DNA of 64,000 nucleotides from Utricularia gibba (Eukaryota; Plantae; Magnoliophyta), in NCBI GenBank assembly GCA_002189035.1, contig NEEC01000016.1, positions 372,001 through 436,000 of the forward strand, read 5' to 3'. Below, piece after piece: positions 53,501 through 64,000 of this stretch. The notes beneath the pieces were generated by a model. The model ran no database searches, had not been told where the DNA came from, and saw nothing but the letters and a program-made list of their open reading frames with translations. The position numbers and the translations under genes are program-made. Position 1 is the stretch's first letter; the number at the start of each line of letters is the position of its first letter.

Positions 53501-55832
53501 TGTTTTTATTACCTCCATCCAAATTTCCTGAATGGTAGGTTACTGACAAAGTTCATGGGATTACATATGCAAAAGGTGATGCAGAAGCATTAATCAATGC
53601 TTTTTCAATTTTGATATCAGAAGGAGAATTATCTACATTAGCACATTCTGTTGCTTCAGCAGCAAGTATACATGCCAAGAATTTGTTTGCAATGGAATGC
53701 ATAGTTGGCTATGCAAAACTATTGGAACGTGTATTGGATTTCCCATCATATGTTTCACTTCCAAGTAATGCCTCTCGAATGAATAATACCTTATGGGAAT
53801 GGGATTTCTTGAGTGAGGAGCATGATGGTAATGCTTTAGGGAAAAAGTCAAGTATTGTTTCCGAACTCGAGGATGATTTGGTAAATTATTTCTCACCAAA
53901 ATTAACCCAGGGTAGCTCTCTATACATTAAGGACATGTTGACAAATTCAGACTGGAATACCTTGAACGAAATTGAAAGCTCTGAAGAGATTGAGAGGCTA
54001 AAGTGGGAGGAGGTATAAATAATGTCCTTTTCTTTATGTGATTGCTCCTTTCAGCTAACGTATCATATTATGTACTGTAGATTGACGAGAGGATGGAAAA
54101 AGATCTTGGTAACTGGGATGACATATATCGCAATGCTAGAAAATCTGAGAAGATGGGATTTGAAATGAACGAGAGGGACGAAGGAGAGCTAGAAAGAACT
54201 GGGCAGATGATATGCATATATGAGATATACAGTGGCCAAGGAGGTTGGCCATTTCTTCATCATGGTTCCATTTACCGTGGATTAAGCCTTGTAAGAACTT
54301 TATGTGTTGATGATGCCTTTTTGATACTTTAAAAATCACTCGTTGTTAATACACTTGTCAACACGCCTGACAAATATTTCCTTTTGGATTCCTGTTCTAG
54401 TCTCCCTCAGAACGAAGATTGAGTGCAGATGATGTAGATGCAGTTGGTCGGCTTCCCATTTTGAATGATACTTATTATCGTGATATCCTTTGTGAAGTCG
54501 GGGGAATGTTCTCAATTGCAAATGGGATTGACGATATTCACAAGAGGCCATGGATAGGATTTCAGTCATGGCATGCTGGTGGGAGTAAAGTATGTCATGT
54601 AGCATGCGTCACCTTCACCATATTTATTGTTTATGTTAGACAAGAAGTATTTCAGTTATGTATTTCAAATATGCAACATCATCTCCTTATTGCATTTTAT
54701 AACACTAGAAATATTGATTACACCAGCTATCGTTATCCCAAAAGGCAGAGGAGGCACTGGAGAAAGCATTGAGGGAAAATGTCAAGGGGGACGTGATATA
54801 CTATTGGGCACCTTTAGACATGGTTGCTGGCTCAACAGGAACTAATAATCTGCTATCTTTCTGGTCCACATGTGACAGTATCAATGCAGGAAGGTGCCGG
54901 TGAGTAATGTCAACCAGGTTACTACTCACTCATAAGACCCATTCTTCTCCTGAAGAAATCTTATCATGTTGATGATGATGATGAATAAATCTTCATTCCA
55001 ACTCTTGTTTTTTCGTTTCAAACTGCAGAACTTTTTTCGAAAATGCATTCAGAAGAATGTATGGATTACCTTCTAGTGCAGATGCTCTACCACCCATGCC
55101 CCAAGGCAGTGGGCACTGGATGGCTCTGCATAGTTGGGTGATGCCAACACCTTCTTTCCTAGAATTCGTTATGTTCTCCAGGTTCGTCACTGCTTGCTCT
55201 TCATACTCTCGATTTTGCTCTCTGTGATGCTTAAGCCTCACCTCATAAAGGCGTCTTCTCCAAACTATCAGGATGTTTGTTGATTCCCTTCATAGCTTAC
55301 AGACGAAAAATTCAAGCAAGAATCATGATTGTCTGCTGGGTTTTTCTGTCACCGAGGTTAGAGCCACTATCATCTCAAAACATCTTTAAAACTCGGAAGA
55401 CGAAAGCAATACAAGTCCCCTGCTTTTCCCTTTCTTTTGCAGAAACGGCATTGCTACTGCCGGCTTTTGGAACTCCTAGTAAACGTATGGGCGTACCATA
55501 GCGCGAGAAAGATGGTATACATCGATCCTCATTCAGGGCTGTTGGAAGAACAACATCATGTCACAAGCCGGCGGGGATTCATGTGGGCGCAGTACTTCAA
55601 TCCGGCCTTACTCAAAAGCATGGATGAAGACCTGGCAGAAGCAGCAGACGATGGCGACCATCCTTACACGCCGTGGCTCTGGCCGGCCACCGGTGAAGTC
55701 TACTGGCAAGGTTTGTACGAAAGGGAGAGGGAAGAGCGGTACCGGGCGAAGATGGACAAGAAAAGAACAACAAAGATGAAGCTGTTCGATCGTCTAAAGC
55801 ATGGATACAAACAAAAGTCACTTGCAGGATAA
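50571..55832 (+). CDS. Large membrane-anchored glycosyltransferase family 1 (GT-B) protein, At5g04480-like, many exons
   Basis: FHSIRDRFPFKR, transmembrane segment, IGLRRPRI, LMQEPFCSIPLIWIIQ, FFVIRGSPVDAW, GFPPILTRAMVFGVPVIA, GELERTGQ.ICIYEIYSG.GGWPFLHHG and WAYHSARKMVYIDP..YKQKSLAG*. Confidence 0.9.
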
Positions 55833-56875
55833 CGTGCAATCTAAGGGAACCAAGGTACCATCTTTTTATATGCTCCAAGTTGGAACCACATGCTACTTCT
55901 TTACTTACTACATGGCCAAAACCAGCTCCCCTCCCACTTGCATGATTCCTCAGCCGCCATTGGTGTAGCAGAATAACCTTGAGGCTCTCTTCTCTCTTGT
56001 GTAGATCATGGGAAATTTTGAATGGTATCATTAGAATGCTTGCTTCTATGTCAAGACAGGAAGCAACATAAGCTTTAGAATATGATTGTAACATGGAAGT
56101 GGGTGGTTAGCACATGGTTATTGGTTTTTTTTTTCCTTTAAAAAATGTGAAACATGAATGAAACTGTGGTTTGAGTACATCCCATATCAAGAGAATGCAA
56201 TCTTTTCAATTTATTTTTTCATTTACTTTTTTTTGTGTGTTTTCCAAAAATGAAACCTGAAGTATTTCATGATTTTTAATTAATTCATAAGTAGAAGATA
56301 TTAAATAAATATAACTCAAATAAGTAATTATTTAAGTAGAAGAAACAAATGTGTTTTGCTATTAAAAAAGTTGATGACTTGTTTTGATAAGTATGTTAAA
56401 TGTAACTTATAAAATAAATTGGATTTCAAGTATAAATGTAGATAAATTTAAAATAAGTAGAAATTAAATAAAATTTTGAATATAAGTTACAAATAGTAAA
56501 AATTGGGATATAAAATATTTTAAAGTATTACTAAATGGATTGATAATTATCGTCAAACGTATTCTTTTACCCAAATCATTTGCGCTCTTCAGGCCTAGAA
56601 AACACAGAGGATGCAATTTCGATTTCGTTTCCATATCGGTTTGAGCGTAGCTCAGAGGTCAGATGGTTGTAGCTTCGCCGGCGAACTCCCTCAGGTCATC
56701 GGCAAAATGCTTATGGGCTGGGTCTAGACCGGCCCGGTTGGCTTTATCGATGTTATCATTTGTTGGGCCAGGCTCAGGTGGCGTTTGGAAAACAGATGCT
56801 CTGTTGTTTTCCGCAAAATCCATCTCGAATCTGTTTCCCGCTTCGACGCAGCGAAGCACCGGAGACGGCAACACA

Positions 56876-58830
56876 ATGGAGCTTGACGCTGCGGCGCTAC
56901 CGGAATGGGCATCGAAGCCTTGCATTATGGGCATTGACGAGGCGGGAAGAGGTCCGGTATTAGGTAAAATATACGGGTTCCTTTTTCGTGGATTTGGTTT
57001 TCGATCCAGGCGTTGAGGTATAAGAACCGTATGATTCTCAGGGCCAATGGTCTACGGATGCATGTTCTGTGCACGCTCCTATCAGAAAAACCTCTCCGCA
57101 TTGAATTTTGCAGGTTTGCCTTGGCATTCTCTTCTTTTTTTGTGTTATAATGATCGCTCATTCTCAGTTGCTTCCGCTATCCAAATGTTGGTTCTGTGCT
57201 CGAGAATCGCATTCTTTAGCTTTGCAGTGTGCGTTGTGGGGGATCTGATAGCTGAGTCTTGTGGTTGTAGATGCTCTTTTCTTGAGCAGTGATACTGTGG
57301 ACCACATGCTTTGATGGAAACGCATCTTGCTAATTCTGATTGAAAAGCATGTAGTGTTAAATAATGGAACCTTTCACCCAATCAGAGGTTCCTTCATGAA
57401 AATTTTGAGCTCTAGCTTTTGATACTCCGTCTGTTCCTGCAGACTCAAAGACTTTAACAGAGAAGAAGAGGGAAGAGCTATTTGATAGTTTGAAAGTGGA
57501 CAATTCAATCGGGTGGGCTGTGGACATCATCGACCCCCGGGAACTATCAGCCAAGATGCTTAAAAAGTAGAATGCTGAATACTGGTTTCACTAATATGCC
57601 TGTATGATAAACTGCTTCACTCCTCTGCAGAAGTAAGATCAGCCTTAATGAAATATCACATGATTCTGCTATTGGCCTCATACGGAAGATCTCCAGTCAA
57701 GGTGTTCTTCTGACAGAGGTAAACCTGCCCCAGTCTTCTTTTCTGTTGTCTTAATTAGTATTGCATTTCCAAGAGGAAATGATGGATATATCCCTGTTAC
57801 CAAGTCTCCCTTCTCTGTGGATTTCATGGTGTTTGATCATGCTTATCTATGAAGATGTTATCCAAATAAACAGTAGAAATAATCCATAACAGAAGTTGGT
57901 CGCAAGCTTAGATTGTCCCAAGTCTCAGCATGCGTCTGTGAGCATATAGCAACATGATCGCATAGAAAATTGGTTTATATGTCGACCAATGGAAGGCCGG
58001 AGGCCGCTATTTCAGTATGAAATCCTTGTTCTCAGGAGTCTCTCCTTCTGTCCTCGGTCCAGGTTTATTTGGATACTGTTGGTGATGCAGACAAGTATGC
58101 GGCAAAGCTATCTGCAATCTTTACTGATATCAAGTTCGTCGTGTCCAAGAAAGCTGATAGTCTTTATCCCATTGTCAGCGGTGCAAGCATTGTAGCCAAG
58201 GTAACTGTGTCCATCTCTTGGCCCCGTCTTGTCTATATAGCACTGCAAAACTGCTTTTCATCTTCTCATGTTTTACTGCTTTCAGGTCACTAGGGATAGA
58301 GCTCTGAGGAACTGGGAACTCGAAGAAACTGCCGTAGACCTGCATAGAAATTTTGGTTCTGGATACCCTGGAGGTAACTTCCTGATTCCTGACAAATGAT
58401 TATCCTAATATGAGTGTTTCCATGAACTTTGTATGGATGCATCCCTCACAGATCCACAGACAAAAGCATGGCTGAGCGATCACACGCATCCGGTGTTCGG
58501 ATTCCCAGCATTGGTTCGTTTCAGTTGGGGAACATGTACATCTTATTCCAAAAGCCTTGTAGAAGTGCAATGGTGAGCCCCTTGGCAACTATGAACCGAC
58601 TCAACTTGTGCCTTTCTGTTACAGTAGCTTCACCAAAAAAGTATGCTTGTAGGGAGGGTGACACGGCAGAAGAGGATGGTGATGGTGCTGGGAGGAAGAG
58701 CAAAAGGCAGATGAAGCTGGTGAACGTTGATGGTGTTGCTGCAGTAAAGAGAAAGAGTGAAGAAGATAGTAGACCAAGTCGTTGCAAGTTCTTTCAAGCT
58801 CGTAAACTCCAGCTCCTTCCCATGTTCTAA
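56876..58830 (+). CDS. RNASEH2A: Ribonuclease H2 catalytic subunit A
   Basis: [54 protein letters not shown] and [30 protein letters not shown]. Confidence 0.96.
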
Positions 58831-59725
58831 GCTGTCTGTTCATATGAACCTGCATGGCTCCATGTGTATTACTAGGAAGAAAATGGTAGCAAATGAGAAC
58901 TGTAGAATTGCAGAACGATGCAGAAGCACATGTTGCAGCAAACAAAAAGAAAGACTGAAGCGAAATTCTTCCAAAACTGAATTGTACCGTAGAGACTACA
59001 AAAGCTTAGGATCTATTGCAGCAATCAAGCACTGTGACTTTCACGAAGTCCAAGCCATTCTTTCTTCCCTCTTTTAGGACACATTCTATGGCTGTAATCC
59101 AACAAAGTGAGCCCAACAACACAGGCAACGCTTTCGCTCCAGCAGCAATTACTTGCTTGACGGCTGACGCGCCACGTTTCGGGCGTCTGTCCATGAAAAT
59201 TTCCTCTGCCAATATAAAAAAAAAAGGCAACCCATTCACCTAGCGCGCAACATGGCGACGGTTTCTGCTTTCACGCCCATGGCTTGCGCTCTTCTGTTCT
59301 TTCGAGTGTAGCAAATTAACAAAACCTAGAGAAATCAAACCTGGAGAACACAAAAGGGGTGATTCAGAACAACTGGAAAAGAAGAGATGGAAAAAGAGAA
59401 ATTTTCTAACGGCGGCAGGTGGCGAGCGGGGCCGCGGCAGCCTGACGGAATGGGCGAGGGTCATTCTAACTTCACAGTGAAAAAATCACCAATAATTATT
59501 AATGTAATTTTAAAGAATTGAAAAGGGTCATTAATAAAGCACAAATAATGATGAACACAGGCAATCTCCAAGTGTAAGAATAAAATTGCCTCATTATTAA
59601 TGAAAACAGCAGAAAGGTATCAGATCAGATGACACAATCTGATAACATGCATTTTGAAAGAATCTTCCAAAACAAAAGACGAAACCTCCATCCCGCCGCG
59701 TCAGTTATGCTGCAACCATCTCCCT

Positions 59726-61234
59726 TCACTCGAACTCCAAAATGTCGTAGTGCCCATATCCTTGAAAAAGAACACTAATGCAGCTCTGGTCTTCTTTTGC
59801 ATACTCTCCACCGTAATCGGTTACTTTCGACAAACCACCATCACCACCGGAGCTTCTATCCTTCATGAAGACGGATATGGGTGTCCTGCAAGGTACCAAA
59901 GACTGTCCAATGAGCAGTCAAGTATGATTTCCAGATTTACTCTAAATGCTTTCCAAAGTGACGGTAGATGTATCAGAGCCGTTCTGTAGTTAGTTTCCAA
60001 CTAAGGTTTTGCTGAGAATCACAGAGGCAGAAGCGATATCAGAAAGCAGGCTTCAGGGTTCCTTTACGTTTGTTCACGAGATCAGTCTCTTTTAGGTTAG
60101 GAAATCATGCATGAAAGCTCACAATGTTCTTGATCCACCGTAACCACATACAAGATGCCCGTGCAGAAAATTGTGGTTTTGGGCGTTTTTACTGGATTAG
60201 AAAATGAGAAAGCCAATTCTCACCTAAGAACATGAGACGCCATAAGCAGCTCTGGCTCCCCACCCCAGACATAAGGCTGTTGGATTCTTGCCACGTAAGC
60301 ATCAAAATTTTCATCAATGAACCTAAAGAATACCACTAGTCAGACATGAAACGCTAGCGACATCAACCAATCCCACGAAAGCCGCTTAACAAATACCGAA
60401 ACACCGGTGCAAAAGGAGTAGGAAAAATGAGCAAGGAAAAAGGTCACCTTTCCACTTCTTCTCGCCTTTGTAGCAGTTCTTGAACCACCTGTGTGACATA
60501 AGCCCCAGTAAAGATGATGCAAATAGAGCTAGGCATCAAAGAAATAAAGAAAGAAAAATGAAAATTAATACTTGAGCTCTTAGCTCATCAGCAAGTTCTC
60601 TCTGCCGATTCTCATCAGGGGCATTTCCCTCATTCTTCAAGCATGCCATATGCGCAATTGCTCTGAACAAACACCTACCATCAGCTACAACACCTGTAAA
60701 AATTGAGACAACCAGTCAATCACTAAATCCAATGACCGGGCAATAGATCACAAAACAAAAACCAACTAACTAAAAGACGTTAAATTCACCAGTTACTCTG
60801 TAATCGATAGTCTTCTCTCTTTTCAATCCAACCACCTCAGAATTCGACTCTACATCAGAATCAACGGAAATCAAACTATCGCTGCCACCGAACAACATCC
60901 AAGCCAAATCTGGATGGTGCGGCCATCGCGCTGGCCTCGTATCCCAGGCAACATTCCACGATCCTCCTCCTCCCGTCACGAAATAGTTCTCGCGACGGTT
61001 GAGCACCGATTTCCAGCGTTTCCTCCAGTAAGAGGGGATGATGGTGGAGTGCCATATAGACGTCGGCCAACGGAAGACTTGGTCGTCGGAGTGATCTCCG
61101 GCAAGAAGTACGGCCTGGATTGGACTTTTACAAAACCGCCGATCGAAATGAAAGTAAGCAGAGGCGTGGACGTACGACGGCGGAAGGGATGAGAACAACC
61201 AAGGCCTGGGGCGACCGCACAGTACTCCGAGCAT
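59726..61234 (-). CDS. OTU-domain deubiquitinase (OTU4/At3g57810-like), 5 exons
   Basis: MLGVLCGRPRPW, SWNVAWDTRPARW, DYRVTG|VVADGRCLFRAIAH, RQRELADELRAQ, YVWGGEPELLMASHVL and SVLFQGYGHYDILE; the catalytic Asp/Cys and His motifs are present. Confidence 0.92.
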
Positions 61235-61496
61235 CACCAGAGGCGATACGAATCTTTTCCGTGCTGCGAATGACGACGACACTATTTTACCCTCGTGGAT
61301 CGATCACATCCAAATGATTATATAGACAACAAAGGAAATAATAATTAAAAATGCGTATTTATTTTAAGGTAACAATAAAATTATAGAAAATTAAAAACAA
61401 AAACAGAGGATAGATCCGGTCCAGTCCGGTCCGGTCCGGCCTTTGGTAACACTAACTCAGAAATAAAGATCTCTGCACCAACTCGGTCCACTATCC

Positions 61497-63861
61497 TCAA
61501 AAATGAACTGGTCTTTCGGTAAGGTCTTCGAAGGCAGAAATGGGTGAAGTTTCCTTGCAGTCGCACAAAACCACCATTCTTGCATTTTTGGGAACGAGGC
61601 CCCTGATGGATTTTACAGAGTCTACGTAAGATCCAATAAAAGGAACCTCCAATCCTTCAACAGCCTGTAGCAATGGAGAAGCAAGCAGGGGATCTCAATA
61701 CTGGCAAGAATGGTCTAATGGAGATGATGAGTAGTAAACTGTGGCCACGAAGCGCCAAGAAAGCAAGTTCATACCACGAGGGAAACCCCAGACAAATCAA
61801 CCGCTTTTAAGGAAAGGAGTTCCAGGAGTCTCTCAGGAGTCGAAATGAGAATCTCTGGGTTGCAACTTCTTAATCTGGAAATTTTTGGTGAGAAGATGGG
61901 ATCGCAGAGAAAAGCAGGAAATAAAGTAGTCAGTAATATTAATGCATTGAACTACGTTAATCATGGAAGAAAAATACTAGAAAGGTTTCTGACCCGTTGA
62001 TTTGATGATCTATAGTGGCACCGGGGTGTAAACTCACAGAATGTATCCCAGATGCTTTTAAAGGTTTGCAGACATGGCGTACCTATCAGTGATGTGGCAG
62101 TTTGGGAGTAAGAAACATGGACAACTTTGAGAATACTCTCAAAAGGAGGGGATCACAACAACACACTGAGTTAGACTTCTCATTCTCATGAAAGGTAAGA
62201 TGTGTCGCTCACGACAAAACAAAGTTATGAATAGGAACAAGATACGTGTTTCACACATATAAAGTATCAAAAATAATTTTGAAATAAATAGGATATGTGT
62301 TTTACAACGCATTCAAGAAATTACCTACAACACCAGAATATTGAACCCCGGATGAACTAGGGCAAGAGAGGAAACTCTACAAGCTAGGGAATGTAACAGA
62401 AAATACACAGAAACTTAGTTGTTAAGAATAAAAACCATAACGTATTTTTTAAAATCCGAAGGTCCAGGCGGTCAATGAAAAATTTGAAAAGAAGTGTCAA
62501 ACCTTTGAAGCTCTATCCTGAGAGGGGACTAGGAATAAAAGAAAGGGGATGATAAAAGATATCCCCTCTTTCTTTTGCATTGAAATTGTGTCTGCAGCAG
62601 CTGATGCTAACCAGGCAATTTGCTCATATTTGAAAATTCTCACATCAATCTCAAATATATCCTTTCCACTGGAATAACAGCTCCAAAAGTCAAGCCCCCA
62701 TCCATAAGTGATGAGAGATTTTTCCCATCCATGCATTAACCTTTCATCATTGTCTATCGTGTTCTGGACTGCTTCCAGGAACATGATTAGAGATTTTGGT
62801 GGGCACACCGTGTCACTGCCAAGATCGTTCTTGGAAAGATTCCATGACTGACTGGACTCCTCTAACTTAAAAATCTGTCTCGTTTGTTTCCCTATATTGA
62901 ATACCACTTCAGGTCCCATAAAATGTTTACATGGCATAGGTACTGACATTCTATGACGTTTGGACCTCATAACATCACGATCTTCAGTATCTTGGCACAC
63001 AACCCCGTCATTGTGGAGGAGGCCATCAAGTTCAGAGGTCTTCCGGACGTTGGGCTTCATAAGTCCATTGCTCTTTTGTCTTTTCTTTTTTCTTTTGAGT
63101 TCTGGCTTCCCCTTCCTATCATTAAAAGGGTCTTCGGGAGTTGGAAGACTGTAACACATACCCTGCACAGGTAATCATTAACAGAAAAGAAATCAGGCTA
63201 CAAAAATCAACAGTATTTCCTTTATAATCTGACACCTTAGCGCACCCTTCTCAATTTCATCTTCAACACCCATACTTTGTATTCCTCGTGAACATCATGA
63301 GCCACCCCACGAGATCAACGTGTACATGCAAAAGTAACAGGATATCTTCATTTAATCCACTAAATCTCCCATCATATGCCTGTGGACGCTTATGCTTGTC
63401 CTTAATCATTAACTCTTCGTTCCCTATGAATACTCGTTGTCCCTAGCTCCCAGAATATATCAAGGTTCCTAACGACCCTACTTTTCTTTTAGTATACCTG
63501 CACATGCTACCTGCTCATTCTTCGGTTTTCTCTATCTCCAGCACTAAATTTTATAAAAACCCAAAAATGAGGGGCAGACAAATCATGATAAAGCACACGA
63601 AGATGTATCAAAGCACTTCACAACAAACCCAGTCACCATGGAATACAAAAGCCCCGGAAAACGTTAATGCTCAGAATCAATGACAAAGTCAACCTAAGTA
63701 ACCTGACAGAGTCGGCGCTTGCCAGCAAGGCGTCTCTTCTTAGAGGCGATGATGGAGGCGACACGAGTAGAGACCTTCGAAGTCGAGTCATTTTTACCAT
63801 CTTGCTTCTTCCTTACCCTTTTGATCTTCCGCCGGGCTATAGAGTCGTCGCTTCTCCCCAT
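61497..63861 (-). CDS. Atypical DEAD-box-like P-loop protein (probably At2g28600-like), 5 exons, about 390 aa, apparently lacking a C-terminal helicase domain
   Basis: MGRSDDSIARRK..RVASIIASKKRRLAGKRRLCQ|GMCYSLPTPEDPFNDR, WGLDFWSCYSSGKDI, FLLFLVPSQDRASK|VRHVCKPLK..SVSLHPGATIDHQING, ILISTPERLLELL..VSLV|AVEGLE, and stop TGA at 61497-61499. Confidence 0.78.
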
Positions 63862-64000
63862 TTCCGGCGACAGGTCGGCGAAGAGTTCAAATTAGCATAC
63901 GGCCTCCTTTCAGTCTGAAACCCTAAATTCCGTTTTTTTGGGGGGCGGGGAAGAAAATTACAAAACTAACAAAACATTAAGCTGAGAATACAATTTTTTA

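Noticed and set aside
56643-56700. tRNA A-box-like TAGCTCAG..GG..AGA upstream of RNASEH2A
   Set aside because: No cloverleaf pairing and no proper GTTCRA B-box.
44200-59645. Two scattered C/D box-like pairs (minus strand ~44200-44270; plus strand ~59548-59642)
   Set aside because: No terminal stems and no rRNA-complementary guide that I could identify.

Overview
This is a gene-dense plant (eudicot-like) nuclear window, not prokaryotic DNA. It has spliced GT-AG genes with short introns (one only about 57 nt) and AT-rich spacers, and most ORF-track entries are exon fragments or antisense shadows. I reconstructed about 20 protein-coding genes by hand: RabA4d-like GTPase, TGA10-like bZIP, UBA2c-like RRM protein, SANT+bromodomain protein, LEA group 4 protein with a large Gly/Thr repeat expansion, clade-D PP2C, F-box/LRR protein, two dirigent genes, GIS/ZFP8-like zinc finger, DDX3/RH37-like helicase, RPS5, NOT3, HSP20-like protein, split-barrel-like unknown protein, ECR/CER10, a GT1-domain glycosyltransferase, RNase H2A, an OTU protease and a short DEAD-box-like protein. 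Features not visible in the ORF track include a ~2.6-2.9 kb tandem duplication (F-box 3' end plus dirigent gene) carrying a solo LTR with a 5-bp target-site duplication, a decayed DIVARICATA-like MYB pseudogene, an orphan two-exon CCT8 fragment and a speculative cryptic CLE-like gene. Six otherwise intact genes have indels in short base runs, most likely consensus errors in the assembly. No tRNA, rRNA or CRISPR array was found. I did not find a convincing novel multi-gene system. The best leads are the LEA repeat protein, the MYB pseudogene, the duplicated dirigent locus and the CLE-like candidate. Family names and Arabidopsis locus IDs come from recalled motifs, not database searches.
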